64,000 nucleotides of DNA from an uncultured delta proteobacterium (GCA_963782055.1 CAWAIF010000003.1:3840001-3904000); one strand, 5' to 3'. Counted from the stretch's first letter, positions 37,078 through 49,829 are shown. Numbers and translations are program-made. Notes: generated by a model not told the origin, from the letters alone.

Positions 37078-38544
37078 ATGCGCAAGGCGGTTCTGGTCGG
37101 CTCGATGGCGCTTCTGTGGGGTTGTGCGGGGGCGCGAGGCACGGCCCCGGTGGTGGTCGCGGCCACGCCGCGCCCGGCGGTGGCGAGCGGCGCCGCCCCC
37201 ACCGAGACCCCGCTGGCGGTCGACCCTGCCTCCACCGACACCGGCAGCCCGCGGCCTGCGACCGCGCAGACCGGCTGGATCGGCGCCGCGGCGGAGAGCG
37301 ACGTGCTGCTCGCCGGGGACGGCGACGCCGACGTGGGCATCTGGGTGGACGCGCCCTCCACGCGACCGCGCGCGCACGTCGCCAAGGACGTCGCGCTGGT
37401 GATCGACACCTCCGGCTCGATGGCAGGCGCCAAGATCGACAACGCGCGACGCGCCGCGCAGCTCCTCATCGACGACCTCTCCGACGGCGACATCGTGTCC
37501 ATCGACACCTTCGCCGACGAGGCGAAGACGGTGGTGGAGCCCACGGTGCTCTCGACGCGCACGCGCACCATCCTCAAGTCGCGCCTCTCCAAGCTGACGC
37601 CGACGGGCTCGACCGACCTGTTCGACGGGCTCGGCCTGGGTGAGGCCCACGTGGCGCGGGCGCCTGCCACGCACGCCGTTCGCCGCGTCGTCGTCATCTC
37701 CGACGGCATCGCCAACATCGGCCCCTCCTCGCCGGAGGCGCTCGGTGCCCTGGCGGAGCGCGGGCTGCGCTTCCACTCGCAGGTGACGAGCCTGGGCGTG
37801 GGCACGGACTACGACGAGAAGACGCTCGACGCGCTGGCGCTGCGCTCGAGCGGGCGCCTCTATCACATCGGCGACCCGCGCGAGCTCGCCTCGCTGATGC
37901 ACCGCGAGCTCGACCTGCTCTCCAGCACCGTCGCCACCAACGCCTTCGTCGAGGTGGTGCCCGCGCCGGGGGTGGACATCGTCGGCGTGGAGGGCTGCCG
38001 CAGCGAGCGGAGTGGCGACGGCTCGGTCCGCTTGCCCCTCGGCGCGCTCTTCTCCGGCCAGCGCCGCGAGGCGCTGCTGAAGGTCCGCGTCCACGACGAC
38101 CAGGTCGCCCCGGTCCGTGCCCTCGCGAGCGTGCGCCTGCACTTCCGCGATCCCGACGAGGGCGACCTGGAGCGCGTGCAGGAGGTGGTGGCGCGCGCCA
38201 GCTTCTCCGACGACGACGGCCGCGTCGCCCGCACCGAGAACGCGCGCACGCACTCCATCATGGCGGTGATGGCCGCGTCGGAGCTGGAGCTGGGCGCCTC
38301 GCAGGACGTCTCGTCCGGGCAGTTCGCGGCCGCTGACGAGCGCCTCGCCCGCGCGGAGAAGAAGCTGAAGACGGAGGCGGACAAGGCCACCGACGTCGAG
38401 CAGAAGCGCCGCCTGGTGGCCGCCGCGCACAAGGTCGCCTCCACCCGCGCCGCCGTCGCCCACACGGCCGCCGCGCCCGCCCCGGTTCGCCGCAACGCCG
38501 CGCTGCAGGTCAACGCCTCGGCGATGCACGACGAGGGCTTCTGA
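37078..38544 (+). CDS. VWA-domain lipoprotein
   Basis: Lipobox LWGC, MIDAS motif VIDTSGSM, GST and VVVISDGIAN. Confidence 0.88.
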   Translation: MRKAVLVGSMALLWGCAGARGTAPVVVAATPRPAVASGAAPTETPLAVDPASTDTGSPRPATAQTGWIGAAAESDVLLAGDGDADVGIWVDAPSTRPRAHVAKDVALVIDTSGSMAGAKIDNARRAAQLLIDDLSDGDIVSIDTFADEAKTVVEPTVLSTRTRTILKSRLSKLTPTGSTDLFDGLGLGEAHVARAPATHAVRRVVVISDGIANIGPSSPEALGALAERGLRFHSQVTSLGVGTDYDEKTLDALALRSSGRLYHIGDPRELASLMHRELDLLSSTVATNAFVEVVPAPGVDIVGVEGCRSERSGDGSVRLPLGALFSGQRREALLKVRVHDDQVAPVRALASVRLHFRDPDEGDLERVQEVVARASFSDDDGRVARTENARTHSIMAVMAASELELGASQDVSSGQFAAADERLARAEKKLKTEADKATDVEQKRRLVAAAHKVASTRAAVAHTAAAPAPVRRNAALQVNASAMHDEGF

Positions 38545-38574
38545 ACCTCACTCCCCTCGAAGAAAGAGGGCCGC

Positions 38575-41307
<2,733 letters not shown>

Positions 41308-41420
41308 GGACCGGGGAGCGTACTACGGCGCCTGGCGCCCGGCGCGTGCGAAGGCTCGCCGCGAGTGGAGTCGAAGCCCCCGCGGCGAGCGGAGTCGGTG
41401 CTAAGGTGGAGTGAACGCTC

Positions 41421-42596
41421 GTGACGGCTCGTCCACCCTACCCGCCCGGCGTCCCGGCCCCGCCCAACTCGGGCGCGACCCTCGCCGGCCCCGCCACCCC
41501 GAGGCAGCCGGCGCACCCCACGCCGCCCATGCCCCCGTCCCCGGCCTCCCAGGCGGGGACCGCTGTGCCGTCCGCGCCGCGGCTCCCCGCGGTGCCGCCG
41601 GCGGCCACCTCCAGCGGTCAGTTCGCCGCCACCCCTGCGACGACGACGGGCCAGCTCCCCGCCGTCGGCTCCGCGCCGGCGTCCTCGCCGTCCGTGCCGA
41701 CGAGCCCGACGGGCACCATCCCGGGCGCCGCCCCGCGCATCATGGTGCAGTACCCGCAGGTCGGCTCGCGCCTCGTCTCCAAGAAGGGCGAGTACGAGGT
41801 GCGACGGGTCATCGGCGCCGGCGAGTTCGGCGCGGTCTACGACTGCGTCGGCCCCTTCGACCAGGTCTACGCGGTGAAGGTGATCCGCCCGGCGAACCGG
41901 CCCTATCAGGAGGTGTACGCCGAGTGGGCGCGCGAGACGCAGCGCCTGCTGTCGCTGCGCCACCCGAACGTCGTCTACATCTACGACGCCTTCGAGCAGG
42001 ACCACCTCTTCTACATGGCGCTCGAGCGCTGCGACCACGCGCTGTCCGACATGCTCGGCGCGCCCATGCAGGAGGGCCTCGTCATCGAGCTGGCACGGCA
42101 GCTCCTCGCCGCCCTCTCCTTCTTGCACGACCACGACATCGTCCACGACGACCTGCACCCCGGCAACGTGCTCATCGTCCACGCGACGGACAGGCCCATC
42201 GTCAAGATCAGCGACTTCGGCATCAGCCACGAGCTGCGCGGCGCCTCGGCCATCCGCCCCAACGTCGTCAACCACGCCATCATGGCGCCGGAGGTCGTGG
42301 CCAACGGCTACACGAGCAAGCAGAGCGACATCTACCAGATCGGCCTGCTCATGTACTGGATGCTCACCGGCGAGCCGGCCATCCCCAAGGGCGCCGGCTA
42401 CCAGGACCTGGTGCGCGTGGTGGCCGAGGGCATCCCCCGGGCGCGCGCGGAGGCCATCGGCACGCCGCTCGGCGGTCACGTCGCCAAGATGCTCCGCCGC
42501 CGCGACGCCTACCGCTACACCTCCGCCAAGGAGGTCTGGTCGGACCTCCGCAAGCTGCCATCGTGGCAGAACCGCCAGCTCTTCCCGATCAAGTGA
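41421..42596 (+). CDS. Ser/Thr protein kinase (Hanks type, atypical catalytic loop) with a Pro-rich N-terminus
   Basis: IGAGEFGAVY, AVK, HPNVV, HDDLHPGN, DFG, APE and SDIYQIG. Confidence 0.88.
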   Translation: MTARPPYPPGVPAPPNSGATLAGPATPRQPAHPTPPMPPSPASQAGTAVPSAPRLPAVPPAATSSGQFAATPATTTGQLPAVGSAPASSPSVPTSPTGTIPGAAPRIMVQYPQVGSRLVSKKGEYEVRRVIGAGEFGAVYDCVGPFDQVYAVKVIRPANRPYQEVYAEWARETQRLLSLRHPNVVYIYDAFEQDHLFYMALERCDHALSDMLGAPMQEGLVIELARQLLAALSFLHDHDIVHDDLHPGNVLIVHATDRPIVKISDFGISHELRGASAIRPNVVNHAIMAPEVVANGYTSKQSDIYQIGLLMYWMLTGEPAIPKGAGYQDLVRVVAEGIPRARAEAIGTPLGGHVAKMLRRRDAYRYTSAKEVWSDLRKLPSWQNRQLFPIK

Positions 42597-42616
42597 CGCG
42601 GGGGTACAACGCGGCC

Positions 42617-44503
42617 ATGGTGTGTGGCAGGCGTGCGGGTTTCTGGCGGCGGCTCTCGGTCCTCGTGGCCGTGCTCGTCTTCTGCGTGTCCGGCGTGGCG
42701 CTCGCCCGCCCGGGCGGCGGGCAGAGCTACCGCAGCTCCGGCGGCGGGTCGCGGTCGTCATCCTTCCACAGCAGCAGCTCGCACCCGACGAGCTTCTCCA
42801 CCAGCTCCGGCTCGCACGCCGGCGGCGGCACCAACCCCGTCGTCGGCTTCACGATCCTGATCCTCTTCGGGTGCGTGATGCTGGTCGTGCTGGTGGCCAA
42901 CGCGCGCAAGGGACGGCAGACGAACTCCGTCCGCGCGGCCATCCTGGACGCCCAGTACGACGTGGAGGCCAAGAGCCGCCGCTCGGTCACGCTCGAGCCG
43001 CTCAAGGCCCGCGACCCCAACCTCACCGAGCAGAGCATCCTCGACCGCGTGCGCGTCATGTCCGACATGCTCCGGGAGGCGTGGTGCGCGGGAGACATGC
43101 GCCCGGCACGCGCCTTCGTCTCCGACGGCATCTACTCGCGCTACCGCGTGCAGCTCGAGCTGATGAAGCAGGAGGGCACGCGCAACGTCATGAGCGAGGC
43201 GCAGACGCTGTACACCACGCTCGAGGCGGTGCAGAGCTTCCCTCCGCTCGACGTGGTGCACGTGCGCTTCACCGCGCAGGCGCGCGACGCGATGGTGCCG
43301 CTCGCCGCGACCCCGCAGCAGATCCAGTCGGAGCTCGCGCGCACGCCGGTGGCCCCTTACACCGAGATCTGGACGCTGGTGCGCAAGCAGGGCGCGCAGA
43401 CGAAGCTCGACCCCATGCAGGTCGGCAAGGCGTGCCCCTCGTGCGGCGCGCCCTTCCCCGCGGGCGGTGGCGAGGTGCTGAAGTGCACCTACTGCCAGGC
43501 GGTGGTCTGCTCCGGCGAGCACGACTGGGTGCTCTCCGAGATCACTCAGATCGCCGAGTGGCACCCCACGTCGGCGGAGCCGGTGGCCGGCCTGGACGCG
43601 CTGCGCGAGGTGGACCTGGGCGCCACGCGCGAGGTGCTGGAGGACCGCGCGAGCTACCTCTTCTGGAAGTGGGTCGAGTCGGGGCGGACGCGCTCGGCGG
43701 CCCCGCTGCGCAAGTGCGCCACGCCCGAGCTCATCACGCGAGGCGGGGATGGCGCGTCGGAGCTCGCCGGCGCGCGGGACGTCGCGGTGGGCGGCGCCGA
43801 CGTGCTCCTGTGCGACGTCGCGCAGGGCGAGCCGCAGGACTACGTCTACGTGAAGGTGTTCTGGTCGGGGCGCTTCCAGCCGGGCGCGGAGCCCTTCCCC
43901 AGACAGTCCGTGCTGCGACTGGCACGCAAGGCGGGGGCGAGCACCAAGCTCTCGATGACCGCGGTGGTGTGCCCGAGCTGCGGCGCGCCGCTCGCCGACA
44001 CCGACGACACCAGGTGCGGCCACTGCAACACCGAGATCGTCGCGAGCGGCCTGGTCTGGGCGCTGGACGCCATCGGCGCCCCGGGCATGGTGCGCCCGCG
44101 CCACACCGCGCCGGAGCAGCCGCTCCCCACCTTCTTCATGCCCGACATCCGCGATCCGCGGGAGCGCGGCGTCCTCTTTTCGCAGATGGCGTACCTGCTC
44201 GCCAAGAACGGCCTCGGCCGCAACGAGAAGCGCCTGCTCACCGCCTGCGGCCGCCGCTGGGGCATCCCGGAGGAGACCGTCGGCCGCGCGCTCGCCGGGC
44301 AGCTGGGGAGCGGCGCGCAGATGGGACCTGTGAGCGCGCCGCAGTGGTTCCTCGCCGGGCTGGTGGGCGCGGCGCTCATCGACGGCACCATCGACGCCGC
44401 CGAGATGGAGACGCTCCAGCGCGCGTGCACGGCGCTCGACCTCCCCCTGCAGGAGCTCGACCGGCAGATCCAGGAGACGCGGGCGCGGATGCCCGGGGCC
44501 TGA
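42617..44503 (+). CDS. Membrane protein with two Tim44-like / zinc-ribbon modules and a TerB-like C-terminus
   Basis: Signal peptide followed by ARPGGGQSY, TM, LKARDPN...YTEIWTLVRK, CPSCG..CTYC, DWVLSEI, a second CPSCG..CGHC, and AALIDGTIDAAEMETL. Confidence 0.78.
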   Translation: MVCGRRAGFWRRLSVLVAVLVFCVSGVALARPGGGQSYRSSGGGSRSSSFHSSSSHPTSFSTSSGSHAGGGTNPVVGFTILILFGCVMLVVLVANARKGRQTNSVRAAILDAQYDVEAKSRRSVTLEPLKARDPNLTEQSILDRVRVMSDMLREAWCAGDMRPARAFVSDGIYSRYRVQLELMKQEGTRNVMSEAQTLYTTLEAVQSFPPLDVVHVRFTAQARDAMVPLAATPQQIQSELARTPVAPYTEIWTLVRKQGAQTKLDPMQVGKACPSCGAPFPAGGGEVLKCTYCQAVVCSGEHDWVLSEITQIAEWHPTSAEPVAGLDALREVDLGATREVLEDRASYLFWKWVESGRTRSAAPLRKCATPELITRGGDGASELAGARDVAVGGADVLLCDVAQGEPQDYVYVKVFWSGRFQPGAEPFPRQSVLRLARKAGASTKLSMTAVVCPSCGAPLADTDDTRCGHCNTEIVASGLVWALDAIGAPGMVRPRHTAPEQPLPTFFMPDIRDPRERGVLFSQMAYLLAKNGLGRNEKRLLTACGRRWGIPEETVGRALAGQLGSGAQMGPVSAPQWFLAGLVGAALIDGTIDAAEMETLQRACTALDLPLQELDRQIQETRARMPGA

Positions 44504-44507
44504 GCGC

Positions 44508-45563
44508 TCAGCGGTCGAGGGGGCGCGGCGTGGAGCGATGCGCCTTGCGCAGCGCCGCCTCCGCGGCGGCGCGCCGGGCGTGGACCTTGGCCAGCCGCGC
44601 CCGGGCGATGGGCAGCCAGTGGTCGTCCGGCCTGGCGCGGCTCACGTAGATGGAGAAGTGCGACTCGGCCACCGCCAGGTGCTGCGCGCGCTGCTCCGCC
44701 GTCGTCGCCTCGTCGGCGAGCGCCTCGAAGGCGAGCGCGATGTACCAGTCGCGCTCGTACTCCGGGTCGAAGTAGACGTACGGGGCACCGCCGTCCTGCG
44801 CGGGCAGCACCGAGTACAGGGCGCCTCGCGGGTCCATGTGCTCCGCCGCCCGGGCAGCCTTCAGCGCGTGCAGCAGGTCTCCGCTGCGGTCCAGCGCGAC
44901 CGCGATGTCCCACTGCGCGAGCACGCCGGAGGTGGCCTCGTCCACCACGATGCTGAGGGCCGCCACCTCCCGGAACTGCGAGAGCGCCTGGGAGAGGTCC
45001 CCCGTGCGCATGAACGCCTCCCCCTGGTTGAGCAGCGGGGTGACGCGCTCGGCGTCGGTGCGGGCGCGCGCCAGCACCTCGTCCCAGGCGTGGATCTCGT
45101 CCTTGGGGCGCTGCAGGTGGACGTAGGCCTCCGCCATGTCGGAGTACACGCTCGCGAGGTCGGGCAGGTCGGGCGCGTCGCGCACCACCGACTCCAGCAC
45201 CTCGGCCACCGCCGCCCAGTCGGGCACGGCGAAGGACGCCTTGAAGCCGGCGTACCAGGCGTAGTCGCGGCGCAGCTCGATGTCCGGGCTGTGCCGCGCG
45301 TCGATGCTCTCCAGGATCTCTCGGGCGCGCTCGTAGGCGAGGCGGGCGGGGTCGCTGGCAGGCGCGGGAAGACCGGTGCCGTCGACGCGCCGCCCCTCGC
45401 TCGCCCGGAGCAGGAGCTGGTCGATGACCATGTGGAGGCGATAGCGGTCGCGCGCCGCAGGGTCCTTCACCGTGTCCCACAGCGAGGGCGGGGTGTCGGC
45501 GCGCGCGACCAGCGGCGCCGACAGCGCGAGCAGGAGGCCGAGCAGCACCGCGCGCGGCCTCAT
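44508..45563 (-). CDS. Secreted TPR protein
   Basis: Signal peptide ending ARA-D and TPR-like LLNQGEAFMRTGDLSQAL. The start overlaps the upstream stop. Confidence 0.7.
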   Translation of the reverse strand: MRPRAVLLGLLLALSAPLVARADTPPSLWDTVKDPAARDRYRLHMVIDQLLLRASEGRRVDGTGLPAPASDPARLAYERAREILESIDARHSPDIELRRDYAWYAGFKASFAVPDWAAVAEVLESVVRDAPDLPDLASVYSDMAEAYVHLQRPKDEIHAWDEVLARARTDAERVTPLLNQGEAFMRTGDLSQALSQFREVAALSIVVDEATSGVLAQWDIAVALDRSGDLLHALKAARAAEHMDPRGALYSVLPAQDGGAPYVYFDPEYERDWYIALAFEALADEATTAEQRAQHLAVAESHFSIYVSRARPDDHWLPIARARLAKVHARRAAAEAALRKAHRSTPRPLDR

Positions 45564-46447
45564 CGATGCCCCCTGCCCTTCTTCTTCGCCGGGCCGTTCA
45601 TCGCCGCCGTGGCCTGCTCAACCCACGGCGTCTTGCCGGCACCGTCGAGGTAGCGCTTCCACGCCGCGCGGGCGGCGACGTCGTCGGTGCCGGCGAGCCC
45701 GACCGCGGCCATGGCGTCCGCCTCCGCGGCGTGCGGACCGAGCCAGTCGCGCGCGCGGGCGCCGGCGGTGAGGCTGCGCGCGAGGGCGCGGGCGCGATCG
45801 TCCAGCGTCGCGCGCGACTCGTCGGTGGCGCCCGAGCGCTCCAGCGCCAGGGCCAGGCCGAGGGTCGCCAGCGCCTGCACGACGTCCACCGCCTCGCGCC
45901 GCGCCTGACGGAAGATGGCGATCGCCTCCTCCAGGCCGGCGGGGCCGCGGGCCATCGCGAGCACGGCCGCCTCGACGTACGCAGGGCCACGCTGGTAAGG
46001 CAGCAGCCCCGCGGCGCGCGGGAGCAGCGCGCGGAAGGCGCCGCGCGCCTCGTCCTCGTGACCGGTGCGGGCCGCCGACCGCGCGAAGGCGTAGAGCGCG
46101 GAGGGATCGTCCACGGCGCGGGGGTCGCGCTTGCGTGCCTCCACGAACGACGCGTACGCCTCGGGGAACTGGCCGAGGTGCGCCAGCGCCCTCCCGCGCA
46201 GCGCGAGCGGCGCGGCGTGGCCGGGCATCAGCCGGTCCGCCTCGTCGGCGATCCCGACCACCTCCCGCGCCAGCGTGGCGCCGGCGGCGAGCTTGCTCGC
46301 CCCGCTCGCCAAGAGATCGCAGTAGCGCCTCAGCTCGGGGTGCTTGGCGCGCTCCCAGACGTTGGTCCCGCGCAGGTCCTCCGACGTACCGCACTCCGGC
46401 GGGCGCGCGGCGGCCATCTGCGCGGCGAACAGGACGGCGACGAGCAC
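45560..46447 (-). CDS. Secreted TPR-like protein
   Basis: LRGRALAHLGQFPEAYASF TPR and NVWERAKHP...YC segment. Confidence 0.65.
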   Translation of the reverse strand: MLVAVLFAAQMAAARPPECGTSEDLRGTNVWERAKHPELRRYCDLLASGASKLAAGATLAREVVGIADEADRLMPGHAAPLALRGRALAHLGQFPEAYASFVEARKRDPRAVDDPSALYAFARSAARTGHEDEARGAFRALLPRAAGLLPYQRGPAYVEAAVLAMARGPAGLEEAIAIFRQARREAVDVVQALATLGLALALERSGATDESRATLDDRARALARSLTAGARARDWLGPHAAEADAMAAVGLAGTDDVAARAAWKRYLDGAGKTPWVEQATAAMNGPAKKKGRGHR

Positions 46448-46462
46448 GTGGTTAGGACTAGC

Positions 46463-47734
46463 TCAGAAGGGCCGCGCGCGCACGATGGTCTCGCCGCGGC
46501 GGTAGCCCACGCTGACGATCATGGCGTCGCACCCCGCCGCCTCCTCGATCATCGCGACGTAGCGGCGCGCCGCGTCGGGCAGCTCCTCCATGGTGCGCGC
46601 CTGGCCCAGCGCCTGCGACCAGCCGGGCACCGTGCGGTACACCGGCTCGGCGCGATCCAGCTCGCCGACGGGCAGGTCGGGCGTCTCCCCCGCGGGGGTC
46701 TTGTAGGCCACGCACACGCGCAGCTCGTCCAGGCCGGTCAGCACGTCCAGCTTGGTGACGGCGATGCCGTCCAGCCCGTTGATGCGCGACGCGTAGCGGA
46801 GCGCGGGCAGATCGAGCCACCCGGTGCGCCGCGGGCGCCCGGTGACCGAGCCGAACTCGTCGCCGACCTTGCGCAGGCGCTCGCCCGTCGCGTCGGAGAG
46901 CTCGGTCGGGAAGGGGCCCGCGCCCACGCGCGTGCAGTACGCCTTCACCAGGCCGACCACCTTGTCGATGCGCGTCGGGCCGATCCCCGCGCCGGTACAC
47001 GCGCCGCCCGCCGCCGCGCTGGACGACGTCACGAAGGGGTACGTCCCGTGGTCCACGTCCAGCAAGGTCCCCTGCGCGCCCTCGAAGAGGACGTTTTTGC
47101 CCTCCCGCAGCCGCCTGTCCACCAGCGCGGCGGTGTCCACCAGGCGTGGCACCAGCCGCTCGGCGAGCGGCTCGATCTCCGCCATCACCTCGTCCGCCGA
47201 GGGGGCGGCGCCGCCGAGCGCGCGGATGGTGGGCTCCCACGCGGCGAGCGCCCGCTCCACCAGAACGCGCATCCCGGCGAGATCGCGCATCGCCGCCATG
47301 GGAACGCCGCGCCGCGCCGCCTTGTCCTCGTAGCAGGGGCCGATGCCGCGCTTGGTCGTACCGATGGCGCCCGCCCCTTGCTCGCGCAGGCCGTCCACCA
47401 GCAGGTGGTAGGGCAGGATCGCGTGCGCGCGCTCGGCGATCCACAGATCGCGCGCCTGCTCGTGACCGCGGCGAACCAGCTCGTCGATCTCCCCGAGCAG
47501 GCGCGCCGGGTCGATCACCATCCCCTGCGCGAGCACGCACTCGGTTCCCTTGCGCAGCACGCCGCTCGGGATGAGGCGCACGATGATCTTGTCGTCGCCC
47601 ACGACCAGCGTGTGGCCCGCGTTGGGCCCCCCGGCGTAGCGCACCACGACCTGCGCGTGCTCGGTGAAGATGTCGACGACCTTCCCCTTGCCCTCGTCCC
47701 CCCACTGCGCTCCGACGACGATGACGCCAGGCAT
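46463..47734 (-). CDS. purA: Adenylosuccinate synthetase
   Basis: GAQWGDEGKGK, NAGHT, IGTTKRGIGP, EGAQG, HGTYPFVTSS and TKLDVL. Confidence 0.97.
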   Translation of the reverse strand: MPGVIVVGAQWGDEGKGKVVDIFTEHAQVVVRYAGGPNAGHTLVVGDDKIIVRLIPSGVLRKGTECVLAQGMVIDPARLLGEIDELVRRGHEQARDLWIAERAHAILPYHLLVDGLREQGAGAIGTTKRGIGPCYEDKAARRGVPMAAMRDLAGMRVLVERALAAWEPTIRALGGAAPSADEVMAEIEPLAERLVPRLVDTAALVDRRLREGKNVLFEGAQGTLLDVDHGTYPFVTSSSAAAGGACTGAGIGPTRIDKVVGLVKAYCTRVGAGPFPTELSDATGERLRKVGDEFGSVTGRPRRTGWLDLPALRYASRINGLDGIAVTKLDVLTGLDELRVCVAYKTPAGETPDLPVGELDRAEPVYRTVPGWSQALGQARTMEELPDAARRYVAMIEEAAGCDAMIVSVGYRRGETIVRARPF

Positions 47735-47738
47735 TCGG

Positions 47739-49025
47739 CTATTTCCTCTCCTTGCGACCCAGTGCGCGCAGACCTTCGACCGCAGCCTCGGTGGCGGCGA
47801 CGGCCGCGCCGGTGGCGACGTCGACCAGCTCCGACGCGCCGAGCACGTGGGAGTAGCCCCACGCGCGCGCGTAGTCGAGCGCCGTGGCCTCCTCGAGCAC
47901 CACGGCGGCGACGCCCGCCTGCCGCAGGCTCGTCGCGCGGGCGCGCGCCCCCGCGCCGGTGACCACCACACCCGGCGGGTCGTCGGGGGCCACGCCAGCG
48001 GTGACCACGGCGACGGCGAGGCAGTCCAGGTCCAGCGCGAAGCCCACCGCGGGCATCGGCGCGCCGAAGCGCGACAGCAGCTCGTCGTAACGACCGCCGG
48101 AGCCCACCGGCGATCCCGGACCGGGCGCGTACGCGCGGAAGAGCATGCCGGTGTAGTACGCGTAGCTCCGCACCTCCCCCAGATCGACCGCGAGCACGTC
48201 CGCCAGGCCCTCGGCGCGGGCGGCACGGTAGAGGGACTCCAGGCGCGCGAGCGCGGCGGCCGCAGGCGTGCCGGCGAGCAGGCGCGCTCCCTCGGCGAGC
48301 GCCTCCTCACCACCGGCGAGGGCGAGCAGGGCGCGCAGGCGTGTGTCGTCCACGCCGGCGGCGCGCGCACGCTCGGCGACTTCTTCCTCGTCCTTGCGCG
48401 CCATGGCCTCCGAGATGGCCTGCGCGGCCTCCGGCGACGCCTCCGCGAGCAGGCCGCGGGCGATGCCGGCGTCTCCCAGGTCGAGCGTGAAGCGCCCAAG
48501 GCCCGCGGCGCGCAGCGCCTCCGCCGCCACCGCGAGCAGCTCCAGGTCCCCCGCCGGACCCGGCACGCCGGCCAGCTCCACCCCCACCTGCGGGATCTGC
48601 CGGTGGGTGCGCGCTCGCCCCCCGCGACGCCGCAGCACCGTGCCCTCGTAGGCCAGCCGGTAGGGTGGGGGCCGCCGGAACAGGCGCGTGGCGATCATCC
48701 GCGCCACCTGGGGGGTCATGTCGGGGCGCAGGGCGGCCACCTCCCCGGAGTCCGGCTCGACGAACCGGAGGACCTCCGAGGGGTCGAGGGTGCCCAGACC
48801 CCGCTCCAGGACCTCGGCGAACTCGAAGGCTGGGGGGGTGACCAGGGCGTAGCCAAAAAGCTCCACCTGTCCCAGAACGCCACGACCAAGTGCCCTGCGG
48901 CGGCGGGTCTCCTCCGGGAGGAAGTCGCGCATCCCGGCGGGCAGCGGGTGCTCCAGCCCACCCCCGCCCGAAGCGGATTCTAGCGGGCTCGGCCGTGCTC
49001 GCCCTGCGCTCGACACCTGGCCCAA
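47739..49025 (-). CDS. hisZ: ATP phosphoribosyltransferase regulatory subunit (start uncertain, possibly about 48956)
   Basis: LPAGMRDFLP, LRPDMTPQVAR, QVGVEL, YYTGMLF, GGRYDELL and AVGFAL. Upstream of purA as is usual. Confidence 0.9.
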   Translation of the reverse strand: MGQVSSAGRARPSPLESASGGGGLEHPLPAGMRDFLPEETRRRRALGRGVLGQVELFGYALVTPPAFEFAEVLERGLGTLDPSEVLRFVEPDSGEVAALRPDMTPQVARMIATRLFRRPPPYRLAYEGTVLRRRGGRARTHRQIPQVGVELAGVPGPAGDLELLAVAAEALRAAGLGRFTLDLGDAGIARGLLAEASPEAAQAISEAMARKDEEEVAERARAAGVDDTRLRALLALAGGEEALAEGARLLAGTPAAAALARLESLYRAARAEGLADVLAVDLGEVRSYAYYTGMLFRAYAPGPGSPVGSGGRYDELLSRFGAPMPAVGFALDLDCLAVAVVTAGVAPDDPPGVVVTGAGARARATSLRQAGVAAVVLEEATALDYARAWGYSHVLGASELVDVATGAAVAATEAAVEGLRALGRKERK

Positions 49026-49209
49026 GGCTTTTCACATGGCGCCGCTCCGGTCAACGTCCGAACGGGGTACGCCCCGGGTGTACGGCCTACAGGCAAATGT
49101 CGGGATCTCAACACGATGGGTCAGCCTTGACACCGGTTGGACGGTCGGGTTTCGCGCCGTATCGGCCAGCCGATCCACGTCGGCACGGAGATCGCAAAGA
49201 ACGCGCCTC

Positions 49210-49797
49210 ATGGCCTACCGCATCGAACCCTCCGTCCTCCGTCGCGCAGCCGAAGGTGACAAGAACGCCCTCGACGAGCTGGTCGAGCGTCTTGAGCCCC
49301 ACATCGAGCGCCAGCTCCTGCGCTACCCCGTCGCCGAGGAGGACCGGCGCGACCTCCTGCAGGCCACCCTGATGCAGGTCATTCGGCGCATCGGCTCCTT
49401 CCGGGGTGACTCCAGCTTCTCCACCTGGCTCTTCCGCGTGACCGCCAACGAGGCGCTCATGCTGATGCGCTCGCAGCGCCGCCACCGGGCGAGGCTGGTC
49501 GAGGGCCTGGAGCTGGACGACCTGGGCGCCCTCCCCTCCATGAAGGACGACCACGAGCTGCAGGGCGATCATGGCGCCGAGTCCAACGAGCGCCGCGCGC
49601 GCGTGCGCAGCGCCCTGGCGGAGCTGCCCCACGACTACCGCGAGGTGGTGGTGGCCCACTACCACCTGGACCTGGGCCTCCAGGAGATCGCCGACCGCTA
49701 CGAGCTGAGCGAGAGCGCCGTTCGCTCGCGGCTGCACCGCGCGCGCGCGCGCCTGCGTCAGCTCCTGGCCGACAGCGAGGTCGCCGCCGCGGCGTAG
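49210..49797 (+). CDS. ECF RNA polymerase sigma factor
   Basis: FRGDSSFSTWLFRVTAN, LPHDYREVV and EIA...AVRSRLHRAR. Confidence 0.92.
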   Translation: MAYRIEPSVLRRAAEGDKNALDELVERLEPHIERQLLRYPVAEEDRRDLLQATLMQVIRRIGSFRGDSSFSTWLFRVTANEALMLMRSQRRHRARLVEGLELDDLGALPSMKDDHELQGDHGAESNERRARVRSALAELPHDYREVVVAHYHLDLGLQEIADRYELSESAVRSRLHRARARLRQLLADSEVAAAA

Positions 49798-49829
49798 GCT
49801 TCACATGGAGGGGCGGCACGCGCGCGGGT

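Noticed and set aside
41411..44503. 1030-aa ORF suggesting a kinase-Tim44 fusion
   Set aside because: The kinase is in a different frame with its own stop at 42596, and the second gene has its own ATG and signal peptide at 42617.
46463..48499. 678-aa ORF suggesting an N-terminally extended PurA
   Set aside because: The extension overlaps hisZ in another frame; PurA homology starts at ATG 47734, after an SD-like GGAGAGG.
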